Notes under the pieces: model-generated | Seen by the model: the letters and a program-made list of their open reading frames with translations, nothing else | Told to the model about the DNA's origin: nothing | Database searches by the model: none | Part shown: positions 28,424-36,961 of the stretch, piece after piece | How the letters are laid out: the number at the start of each line of letters is the position of its first letter | Numbering within the stretch: position 1 is the first letter of the stretch | Made by a program: the position numbers and the translations under genes | NCBI GenBank assembly: GCA_964534375.1 | Contig: CAZHPN010000008.1 | Location: 1-63,920 of the forward strand | Reading direction: 5' to 3' | DNA from: an uncultured bacterium | GTDB lineage: Bacteria > Lernaellota > Lernaellaia > Lernaellales > Lernaellaceae | DNA length: 63,920 nt

Positions 28424-28921
28424 TTACTTCATCAATTCTTGCAGTTTGCCGTCTTTTTCTTCAACCTTCCGCGCCATTTCCTGCCGATAGGCGTCGAGCT
28501 TTTGCGCCATTTTCTTGTTCGTCGCGGCGATGAGCTGCACCGCGAAGAGCGCGGCGTTGCGGGCGCCGGCTTCGCCGATGGCGAAGGTCGCCACCGGCAC
28601 GCCGGCCGGCATCTGCACGGTCGCCAGCAGGGCGTCGAGCCCGCCGAGGGTGGTCGCGGCGAGCGGCACGCCGAGCACGGGCAGGGTGGTCTCGGCCGCC
28701 GCGACGCCCGCCAGGTGCGCCGCCGCGCCGGCCCCGCAGATCACGGCGCAAAAGCCGTTGTCGCGGGCGTCGCGGACGAGCTTTGCCGTGCGCGCCGGCG
28801 TGCGGTGCGCGCTGGAAACGTGCGCCTCGCAGCCGACGCCGAAGTGCGCCAGCACATCGGCGGCGTTTTTCATCACCGGCCAGTCGGAATCGGAACCCAT
28901 CAGCAGCAAGACTTTCGACAT
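28424..28921 (-). CDS. purE: N5-CAIR mutase
   Basis: MGSDSDW, SAHRTP, GAAAHLAG, VQMPAGVPVAT. Confidence 0.96.
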   Translation of the reverse strand: MSKVLLLMGSDSDWPVMKNAADVLAHFGVGCEAHVSSAHRTPARTAKLVRDARDNGFCAVICGAGAAAHLAGVAAAETTLPVLGVPLAATTLGGLDALLATVQMPAGVPVATFAIGEAGARNAALFAVQLIAATNKKMAQKLDAYRQEMARKVEEKDGKLQELMK

Positions 28922-28925
28922 GCGC

Positions 28926-30197
28926 TCACTCCAACCACTTGGCGGCTTTTTTGCCGATATCCCGGCGATAATAGGCCTTGTCGAAGGAAATTCGCTCGAC
29001 GGCGCAATAAGCGAGTTCGATCGCGGCCGGGATGTCGGCGCCTTTCGCCGTGACGCCCAGCACGCGCCCGCCGCTGGTGACCACGCCGTCCGCGGTTTTT
29101 TTCGTGCCGGCGTGAAAAACGAACGCGCCGGCTGGCGTGCGGTCGAGGCCCTCGATCAACTTGCCTTTTTCGTAGTGGTCGGGGTAGCCGCCGCTGGCGA
29201 TCACGACGCACACCGCCGGCCGCGGATCCCACTCGATGGCCAGCTTCCCCAGTCCGCCGTCGACGGACGCGAGCAGCAGCGGCACGATGTCGCTGTTCAT
29301 GCGGAACAGCAGCGGCTGCGTCTCCGGGTCGCCGAAACGCGCGTTGAATTCGAGCACCTTGATCTCGCCGTGATCGATCATCACGCCGGCGTAGAGCACG
29401 CCCTTGTAGGGGCAGCCCTGGGCGGCCATTTGCCGGACGGTGGGATACATCACGTCGCGCAGTATTGCTTCGTGGACCGCCGGCGTAACGACCGGCGCGG
29501 GGCTGTAGGCGCCCATGCCGCCGGTGTTCGGCCCGGCGTCGCCGTCGCCGATCGCCTTGTGATCCTGGCTGCTGGCCAGCGGCACGACCGCTTCGCCGTC
29601 GGTGAACGCCAGAAAGCTCGCTTCCTCGCCGATGAGAAATTCCTCGACGACCACCTGGTCGCCGGCAACGCCAAACACGCGTTCGACGAGAATGCGGTCG
29701 ATGGCCTCGTCGGCCTCGGCGAGCGTGCGGCAGACGATGGCGCCCTTGCCGGCCGCCAGACCGTCGGCTTTGACGACGACCGGCGCGCCCAAATGCCGCG
29801 CGAACTCCTTCGCGCCGGCGCTTTCGGCATACGTGCGATAGGCGGCGGTCGGGACGCGCGCCGCGTCGAGAATTTCTTTGCAGAAACTCTTGCTGCCTTC
29901 CAGGCGCGCGGCCGCGGCGCTCGGCCCGAACGCTTTCAACCCCGCGGCGGCGAAGCGGTCGACGATGCCCTCGACCAGCGGCGCTTCGGGGCCGACGACG
30001 GTCAAGCCGATGCGTTCGCGCTGCGCGAAGGCGAGCAGCGCCGCGATGTCATCCGCGGCGATGTCGACGTTGGTCGCTTCCGCGGCCGTGCCGGCGTTGC
30101 CCGGCGCGCAAAAGACGCGCTCCACAAGCGGCGATTGGGCGATTTTCCACACGAGCGCATGCTCGCGGCCGCCGCCCCCGATCACCAGGACTTTCAT
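28926..30197 (-). CDS. purD: Phosphoribosylamine-glycine ligase
   Basis: GGGGREHAL, LEGSK, KADGLAAGKG, NTGGMGAY, EFNARFGDPE. Confidence 0.97.
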   Translation of the reverse strand: MKVLVIGGGGREHALVWKIAQSPLVERVFCAPGNAGTAAEATNVDIAADDIAALLAFAQRERIGLTVVGPEAPLVEGIVDRFAAAGLKAFGPSAAAARLEGSKSFCKEILDAARVPTAAYRTYAESAGAKEFARHLGAPVVVKADGLAAGKGAIVCRTLAEADEAIDRILVERVFGVAGDQVVVEEFLIGEEASFLAFTDGEAVVPLASSQDHKAIGDGDAGPNTGGMGAYSPAPVVTPAVHEAILRDVMYPTVRQMAAQGCPYKGVLYAGVMIDHGEIKVLEFNARFGDPETQPLLFRMNSDIVPLLLASVDGGLGKLAIEWDPRPAVCVVIASGGYPDHYEKGKLIEGLDRTPAGAFVFHAGTKKTADGVVTSGGRVLGVTAKGADIPAAIELAYCAVERISFDKAYYRRDIGKKAAKWLE

Positions 30198-30278
30198 CCG
30201 CTCCTCCACGATTTCAGCTTTGCCAGGATGCCGAAGTGTAGCAGATGGGCCGGGAGTGGCAAGCAGCCGCCGGGCAGA

Positions 30279-30437
30279 ATTTTTTGACAGGATCATCAGG
30301 ATCAACAGAGACAGGGGGCTGTGTCGGGAGTTCTTGCGGCCCGGAGAATCTCGCGAGCGACAAAGTTCCACAATTGTTCACTGTTCCTTATTCACGGTTG
30401 ACTGATCCCGTTGATCCTGTTGATCCTGTCAAAAAAT
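30279..30437. repeat. Intergenic inverted repeat, family B, with an internal heptamer tract
   Basis: 17-bp perfect arms ATTTTTTGACAGGATCA / TGATCCTGTCAAAAAAT. Confidence 0.8.
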
Positions 30438-30468
30438 AAATATCATACCCTGGGGAAGGTCCCCGCGA

Positions 30469-31812
30469 TCAACGCCCTTGCCTGCGGAAATACGACAGGC
30501 GATGCTCCTTTAAAAAAGGCGTTCGCTCGCGCACGACCTTGGGGTCCGGATACAGACGCGAGAGCAATTCATCGTCCGCGAGTGCGGCCAACTCTCGCTG
30601 GGCCGGGGCCAGAAACACGAAACGGCTCGAAAAGCGATAGGCGCAGGACGACGACGCGGCCACACCCGCGGCCAGAATCGCTAGCCAGGCCGCCAACAAC
30701 GGCACGAGGGCGCGGTTTTTGACGGCCGGCTTTTTTTGCTCGCCCGCCGCGAGAAGGCGGTCCCAGATCGCGATGAGGTTGGCGATCCACAACAACTGTC
30801 CGAACGTGACGTACCGCGAACAAAGGGCTTCGTCGGCGCCCAGGTGCGCGCGACCGGCGGCCGTCAGGATGGCGCCGCCAACGGCGTACAAACCGAGCGT
30901 GAGGGACAGCCCGGGGTCCCGTGCGCGAATCGACGGCGCGGCCAAGCCGACGAATAGAACGACGCCCGCGGCGCCGGCCCATACGGCGAACCGATCGGTC
31001 AGCGGCGAGCCGAGGTAGCTGCAGACGAACAGCAAAAAGACTTGCGGTTCGGCGAAATTAGCGGCGAGCGACACGCTGTGCGCGGTCACCTGAAAGTCAA
31101 CGAGATACAGGATGATCGCCGTCGCCGAAACCAACGACCACAGAACGAGCCGGAAGACGCGCTCCGGCCGTCCCTGGGGCGCAACCGACGACGACGCCGC
31201 CAGAAAACCGACGGGCCAGAAAACCAGGCCATTGCCCGCGGAAAACGTGGCGATGACGCCCAGGGCCAGCGCCGCCGCAAACGCTGGACGAGAACGAGGC
31301 GCCGCCAGCAAACAGGCGAATCCGGCGATCGCGGCGAAGAGACTGAGGAAAAAAAGCAACTGCCAACCCATGGTCCAGTTTTCCCATTGTTTCAGCGAGA
31401 AAAAGAAAATGGCCAAAAACGGCAGCAATGACGCCAACGGCCGTGCGTCGGGCGGGGATGGCGTCCGGCGCAACGCCCAGCCGAGCGCGGCGAGCGCGGC
31501 GCCGGCCAGTGCGACGTTCAACATTTGCTCGCAACGAAGATTCCATCCCGTCAGCCGCGCAATTCCAAGCATGAGGAGCCGCGGGAAAAAGGGCCGTTGT
31601 TCGTTGTGCTGGCTCAGCAGATCGGCCCACGTCAGACGGCCGGCGTATGATTTTTCCAGCAGCGGAATCAACTCCCATTCATCCGCAAACGGCGCCTCGA
31701 TGGCATACCGCTGCGCCAAAAAGACAAGGACGGCCGCCGGCGCGGCGCCGACGAGCGCCGCCGCAACGAACAGGGATATCCGCCGTAGCGCAGAACTTCG
31801 AGCGGGGATCAC
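30469..31812 (-). CDS. Polytopic membrane protein, possibly GT-C-like glycosyltransferase
   Basis: PFADEW, QHNEQR, QWENW, SRY motifs; many TM helices; GTG overlaps the upstream stop. Confidence 0.65.
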   Translation of the reverse strand: MIPARSSALRRISLFVAAALVGAAPAAVLVFLAQRYAIEAPFADEWELIPLLEKSYAGRLTWADLLSQHNEQRPFFPRLLMLGIARLTGWNLRCEQMLNVALAGAALAALGWALRRTPSPPDARPLASLLPFLAIFFFSLKQWENWTMGWQLLFFLSLFAAIAGFACLLAAPRSRPAFAAALALGVIATFSAGNGLVFWPVGFLAASSSVAPQGRPERVFRLVLWSLVSATAIILYLVDFQVTAHSVSLAANFAEPQVFLLFVCSYLGSPLTDRFAVWAGAAGVVLFVGLAAPSIRARDPGLSLTLGLYAVGGAILTAAGRAHLGADEALCSRYVTFGQLLWIANLIAIWDRLLAAGEQKKPAVKNRALVPLLAAWLAILAAGVAASSSCAYRFSSRFVFLAPAQRELAALADDELLSRLYPDPKVVRERTPFLKEHRLSYFRRQGR

Positions 31813-32492
31813 GTGGCGGGCGAAACGGAGAAGTTCGCTTCCAGTTGCGAATGGATGTACCGCGCGACCTCGGCCTTGCCGCGGTACACGCCGTTATGGC
31901 CTTCGCAGAGGATGTCGGCGTCGAGGGCGAGGAGCTTTTCCATGCTGATGCGCCAAGCGTCGAGGTCGGAGCCGAATTCGGGCGCGAACGGCCCGTGGAC
32001 ATCCTGGGCGAAGAGAATGCGGCCGTCGTCCGCGTCGAGCCACGCGGAGAGCGACCCCGGCGTGTGGCCCGGCGTGTGCAGCCAATTGACGCCGGCGAGT
32101 TCGCCTTCTTCGCCGTACAACACTTCGTCGATCTGAATTTTGGGGAGCTTGATGTTGTACCAATTCGCGGCGGTGCGGACGGGATCGCCGCTTTGAATCG
32201 CCGCCGCGTCGTCTTCGTGGGCGGCGAGCGAACAACCGGCCGCTTCCCGCACCGAGTGCGCGCCGCCGATGTGATCGACGTGCCCGTGCGTCAGCAGGCA
32301 GTAGGTGATGTCGAGGGGATCGATGCCCGTTTCGGCGATGTTGTCGAGCAGCCGGCGCGCAACGCGATTGGCGCCGGCGTCGATCAAGAGGACGGGCGGT
32401 CCGGCGACAAGGTACACGAGGCAGTCGCTCGGATACGTGAGCGATTCGCCGCCGACCAGGTAAATGCCGCTTGCCACCCTCTTGTGCGGCAT
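31809..32492 (-). CDS. MBL-fold metallo-hydrolase
   Basis: THGHVDHIGG, TPGHTPG, EGH. Confidence 0.9.
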   Translation of the reverse strand: MPHKRVASGIYLVGGESLTYPSDCLVYLVAGPPVLLIDAGANRVARRLLDNIAETGIDPLDITYCLLTHGHVDHIGGAHSVREAAGCSLAAHEDDAAAIQSGDPVRTAANWYNIKLPKIQIDEVLYGEEGELAGVNWLHTPGHTPGSLSAWLDADDGRILFAQDVHGPFAPEFGSDLDAWRISMEKLLALDADILCEGHNGVYRGKAEVARYIHSQLEANFSVSPAT

Positions 32493-32639
32493 GCGCCAGA
32501 CCCCTTGCTGTTTTCGAAAAAATCATAACGCCGCGCCGTGGAAAAGGCAACGCATGCCGCGGAGCCTTGCGCCGGGCGCGGACCGCGAGCCGGGGGGCGC
32601 TGCAATTTTCAACGGTCTTACTTTCTGCTGGGCGCTAAA

Positions 32640-33800
32640 CTATAGTGCGCTGGTTCCCGTTCGCAGCCGAATGCGCACAATTTCCGGCGCCGCGGCCAGG
32701 CGCATCGGCGGGCCCCAGGTGCCGACGCCGGCGGAGACGTACAGGCGGCTGGCGCCGCGCACGTACAGCCCGTGCACATACGGATAGATTCGTTTCGAGA
32801 TGCGCGCGAGCGGCCAAAGTTGGCCATTGTGCGTATGGCCGGACAGCATCAAATCGACGCCGAGGTCGCCGGCCTGGGGGAAGATCGTCGGCTGATGGTG
32901 CAGCAGCACGACCGGCGCCGTGCGCCCGGCGTCGCCGAGCACGTCGGCCAGCGAGACCTTGGCGCCGCCCATCCGCGCGGCCGTCGGATCGTTCAGGCCG
33001 CAGACGACCAGGCCGTTGGGCAGCACGATTTTTTCATTCAGCAGAAAACGCATGCCGATTTCCGCGCCGTGCCGGATGATCTTCTCGGCGCCTGCGTAAT
33101 ATTCATGGTTTCCCGTCACCGCGAGCAGGCCGTAGCGGCTTTGGATTCGCTGCAGCGGATCGGCCAGCGCGAGCTGCCGGTCGGCGTTTTCGTCCATCAG
33201 GTCGCCGGTGACGACGACGAGGTCCGGTCTTGCCCTCTGGACGAGCTCGACCGTCGCGACGATTTTTTCGAGCCGCCCGCCGTCGACGATGACCCCGAGG
33301 TGGATGTCCGTGAGTTGCACGATGGTGAAGCCGTCGAGCGCCGGCGAGCCGCCTTTGACCGGGATGTCCAAATCCACGATCTTCAGCCGATGGCAGGCCT
33401 CGACGTACGCCGCGACGCTCGTCGCCACGGCTGCGACGACGACGGCCAGGCTGAGCCATTTGCCCGCGCGGGCGGCGCCGGCCGGGGCGAACCAGGAAAC
33501 GACGCCGTAAAGGGGATAAGCGACGAGGCAGCCGAGGAGGAGGTAGAGGAACAGCCCCATCCACAGCGCCGCGGCCCAATACGAGACGCGCACCGCCGGA
33601 TTCAAACCCCATTCGAGCAACAGCCGCGAGGCGATGAACGACAACGCGGCGACGATGAAAAATGTGCGCAACGCCCACAGCGCGCGGCCCGGCGCCAGGC
33701 CCATCATGCCCGCGAAACTGCGATAAACGAAAAAATGCGCACCGCCGTAAATCAGCAGCGTCAACGACAAAAATATGGCGAACTGCGCCCAGCGCGGCAT
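32640..33800 (-). CDS. Membrane-bound metallophosphoesterase (YkuE/YaeI-like)
   Basis: N-terminal TMs; DIHLG, GDLMD, GNHE, GHTHNGQ, GTWGPPMR. Confidence 0.9.
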   Translation of the reverse strand: MPRWAQFAIFLSLTLLIYGGAHFFVYRSFAGMMGLAPGRALWALRTFFIVAALSFIASRLLLEWGLNPAVRVSYWAAALWMGLFLYLLLGCLVAYPLYGVVSWFAPAGAARAGKWLSLAVVVAAVATSVAAYVEACHRLKIVDLDIPVKGGSPALDGFTIVQLTDIHLGVIVDGGRLEKIVATVELVQRARPDLVVVTGDLMDENADRQLALADPLQRIQSRYGLLAVTGNHEYYAGAEKIIRHGAEIGMRFLLNEKIVLPNGLVVCGLNDPTAARMGGAKVSLADVLGDAGRTAPVVLLHHQPTIFPQAGDLGVDLMLSGHTHNGQLWPLARISKRIYPYVHGLYVRGASRLYVSAGVGTWGPPMRLAAAPEIVRIRLRTGTSAL

Positions 33801-33805
33801 CGCCG

Positions 33806-35158
33806 TCACACCTCCTCGAACTGCTTCTTGATCATGATCTGCAGGATCGTGCGGTCGGTTTCGACCATGCCCTGCGTGCTCAGTTCGCCGACGTTCTTCA
33901 TCGTCTGCTCGGGCGACCGCGCGATGATGCCGTCGGTCGATTGCACGTTGATGCCGTGCAGCGAGAACAGCGCCGACTGCACCGCGGTCCCCGCCGCGGT
34001 CGACAGCTTCAGCGAACAACTCTCTTTCGCTCCATCGCAAATCACGCCGGCCAAATCCTCCACCAGATTCTTGATCGCGCCCGCGATGTGGCGGATGTTG
34101 CCGCCCATCAGGTGCGCGATGCCGCCCGCCGCGCCGGCCGCCGCGGCGATCGAACAGCCGCAAACCGCCGACAGCCGGCCCGTGTGCGCCTTAATATAAG
34201 CCGTGATGACGTGGCTGAGCGCGATCGCGCGCATGATGCGCGCGGAATCCTCAACAACGAGGTAATCCTTTACGGCCCAGATCGGCAGCACCGCGACCAA
34301 ACCGTGGTTGCCGCTGCCGCTGGAACTCATGGCCGGCAACTTCGCGCCGGCCATGCGCGCGTCGGAGGCGGCGGAGGTCAGAATGCGCGCGGCCAGCATC
34401 ATGTCGCGTTTCAGCAGCCCCTCGCGCACCAGCCGTTCGAGCGCGACGCCGACGCCCAGGCCCGGCCCGTGGCGCAGGCCGTAATCCGCCAGTTTCAGAT
34501 TGCACGCGACGCCTTCTTCCAAAAATTTCAGATCGTCACTGTCGAGGTCGTCAGTGAGGGCCAGCAGGTCTTCCAGAGAAATGTCCGTCAGCCACTTCTC
34601 GAGTTGGTGGACGTTGTTCTGCGTTTTCGCCGTGACCGACAGCAGCGGATGCTCCGTGAGGTCGGCGCCGTCCAGCTTCAACGCGACGATGTTGTCATGC
34701 ACATCGGCGATGAACGCTTCGGCGTCGCGCCGCGGCCCCGCAACCCGGGCGCGGATGAAAATGCCCTGCCGGTCCGGCAGCAGGTTGACGTGCGTCTTTT
34801 TCGCCGCCAGAAACGCCCGCGCCTGCGCCAACGCCCGGTCGTCGATGGGCGCCAGAACTTCCAACTTCAATGCCGGATCGCCGCCGAAAGCGCCGAGCGC
34901 CGCCGCCAGGGCAATGCCCGAACCGCCCTTCGCGCCGGGGATGGTGACGGCCAGGCTGTTCTTGTAAATGTTCGGGTCGAGCCAGATTTCGATCGCCGTG
35001 AAGTCTTTGTCCGGCAACAACGATGCGGCGGCGGCGGCGGCCAGGGCCACGGCCGACGGCTCCGTGCAGCCCAGCGCCGGGGCGACTTCGATCGTCAGCA
35101 GATCCTTGATCGTGTAACGGCGGGGCGTGTTCGGTTGATCGGCCTCGTGTTTGACCAT
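33806..35158 (-). CDS. YhaM/CyuA-like L-cysteine desulfidase (Fe-S serine dehydratase alpha family)
   Basis: PALGCTEP, SDARMAG, SGSGNHG, GRLSAVCGC, CDGAKESC. Confidence 0.88.
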   Translation of the reverse strand: MVKHEADQPNTPRRYTIKDLLTIEVAPALGCTEPSAVALAAAAAASLLPDKDFTAIEIWLDPNIYKNSLAVTIPGAKGGSGIALAAALGAFGGDPALKLEVLAPIDDRALAQARAFLAAKKTHVNLLPDRQGIFIRARVAGPRRDAEAFIADVHDNIVALKLDGADLTEHPLLSVTAKTQNNVHQLEKWLTDISLEDLLALTDDLDSDDLKFLEEGVACNLKLADYGLRHGPGLGVGVALERLVREGLLKRDMMLAARILTSAASDARMAGAKLPAMSSSGSGNHGLVAVLPIWAVKDYLVVEDSARIMRAIALSHVITAYIKAHTGRLSAVCGCSIAAAAGAAGGIAHLMGGNIRHIAGAIKNLVEDLAGVICDGAKESCSLKLSTAAGTAVQSALFSLHGINVQSTDGIIARSPEQTMKNVGELSTQGMVETDRTILQIMIKKQFEEV

Positions 35159-35483
35159 CGCGGCGGCGTCCTTTCGGCGGAGTCGACGAATCTTTTGCAA
35201 TCGCCTTTTTTTCCCGCGGCAAATTAGCACCGACCGCGCCGGGCTGACAATGCGCGGGACGTACGCCAAAAGACACGAATCTGAAATCTGGTTATTTTGA
35301 CATGATTGACAGGATCGCGAGGATGGAGAGGATTCGTCGGGCGTCGGTCTTGCGCAAAGCCGCCGGTCGACTCGATAACGGCGATTCCCTCCCGAACGCA
35401 TTTTGCGGAAATCTCACGGCGTCGTAATCGGTTCTTAGCAATTGGCGCATATCTTTCACGCAAATAACGCGGAGGGACCACAG

Positions 35484-36356
35484 ATGAAAAACGCCGCTCG
35501 ATTAGCATTCTGGCTTTCCATCGTCGTGGCCGTGGCATTCGTGGCCGGCTGCGCGGCCAATTCGGACGCCGGAAAAAGCCCGGCCGCACCCGCGGTCCGA
35601 CCGGCGCCTCCGGCCGGCGGGCAGAATCAAAATCAGGGCGTGGCGCCGGTGATCGGCGATGCGATGACGAACTCCGCGTCGCAGGAAGTCACCTGGATTC
35701 CAATCCCGGCCGGGTTCTTCATGATGGGATGTTCGCCCGGCGATACGCACTGCGAGGCCAATGAGAATCCGCGCCACCTGGTCGTGCTGCCCGACTTTTT
35801 CATGACGGCGGCCAAGATCACGCAGGCGCAGTACACCGAGGTCGTCGGCGCGAATCCCAGTCACTTTGTAGCCGCGAACGGCTATCCGACTTGCCCGAGC
35901 TGCCCGGTCGAAACGGTGACCTGGTCGCAGGCCGAGGCGTTCTGCCAGGCCATCGGCGGGCGATTGCCAACAGAGGCGGAATGGGAATACACGGCGCGCG
36001 CCAACTCGCCGTCGGTGTTCTCCTGCGGCGACGACCCGGTCTGCCTGTCGGCCGTGGCTTGGGACTTCGAAAACGCCAACGCACAAATCCACGCCGTCGC
36101 CCAAAAGCTGCCGAATCAATTTGACCTGTACGACATGCTCGGCGACGCCTTCGAGTGGACGGGCGATTGGTACGCCGCCGACACGTACGCCGCCCTTTCG
36201 ATCCTCGACCCCGCGGGCCCGGCGAGCGGCGAATACCGCGTCGCCCGCGGCGGCGATTGGCTGACCAAGGCCGCGGCGTTGCGCGTTTCGGCTCGCTACG
36301 CCATCGCGCCGGCCGCGGCGTCGATGACGCTCGGCTTTCGCTGCGTCTACCGGTGA
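35484..36356 (+). CDS. Lipoprotein with a formylglycine-generating-enzyme (FGE-sulfatase/SUMF1) domain
   Basis: GGAGG RBS; lipobox VAGC; RLPTEAEWEY, RGGDW, GFRC. Confidence 0.88.
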   Translation: MKNAARLAFWLSIVVAVAFVAGCAANSDAGKSPAAPAVRPAPPAGGQNQNQGVAPVIGDAMTNSASQEVTWIPIPAGFFMMGCSPGDTHCEANENPRHLVVLPDFFMTAAKITQAQYTEVVGANPSHFVAANGYPTCPSCPVETVTWSQAEAFCQAIGGRLPTEAEWEYTARANSPSVFSCGDDPVCLSAVAWDFENANAQIHAVAQKLPNQFDLYDMLGDAFEWTGDWYAADTYAALSILDPAGPASGEYRVARGGDWLTKAAALRVSARYAIAPAAASMTLGFRCVYR

Positions 36357-36401
36357 GAGGAAGAAGGCAAAAGGAAAAAGGCGAAAGGAAAAAGTAAGCA
36401 G

Positions 36402-36448
36402 GCCGTTCCGGCGCGCCGCATGGGCAGCCGGAGCGGCGTTTTTATTTT
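36402..36448 (+). terminator. Probable intrinsic terminator
   Basis: GCCGTTCCGGC ... GCCGGAGCGGC followed by a T-rich run. Confidence 0.5.
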
Positions 36449-36456
36449 AACCCATC

Positions 36457-36562
36457 TGGGAAGTATGGGAATTCTGGGACCGCCGGGAAGCATGGGATTC
36501 GGAAGTCGCGTCACGCCGCTAACTCCCGGAACTCCCAGAACTCCCGGAGTTCCCACGGTTCC
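36457..36562. repeat. Inverted pair of 9-nt-period tracts
   Basis: TGGGAAGTA TGGGAATTC TGGGA... facing AACTCCCGG AACTCCCAG AACTCCCGG AGTTCCCA. Confidence 0.75.
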
Positions 36563-36961
36563 ACAACAGTCGCTCGGAGCCGGACCCGCCGCGGAGAATA
36601 TCAAAAGAAAAAGCCGCCTCTCGTAAGATTCCGTGGCGACGCCACCACAGCGGGGCGCGGCCGGAGTTGCACCGTAGGTGCAATTGATCTTAGCCCGGGG
36701 TTTTCAACCCCAGGCCGGCGTGGTGAGGCAGAGTTGGGGAGGGGTCGCGCCCGCCGGCGCGTCGTCTTTTTGGGGGCGAGCACGGGGATCCGCCCCTGCA
36801 CGGCCGGCCGGCACGAAGAAAATCGACAGTCTCAGAGGCGGGAATGACCGATCAAGCGGCGGCCCGAGCCCGCATTCGCAACGCGGTCGTTTTTGGCGCG
36901 GACGACCCCTGCCGAATGCGGTTGCGTTGACTTTTTCCTTTTTCCTTGTTCCTTCGCCCGC

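Noticed and set aside
36457..36562. CRISPR array (also considered at 22481, 56901 and 63420)
   Set aside because: Units are 7-9 nt, tandem and degenerate, with no unique spacers and no cas genes.
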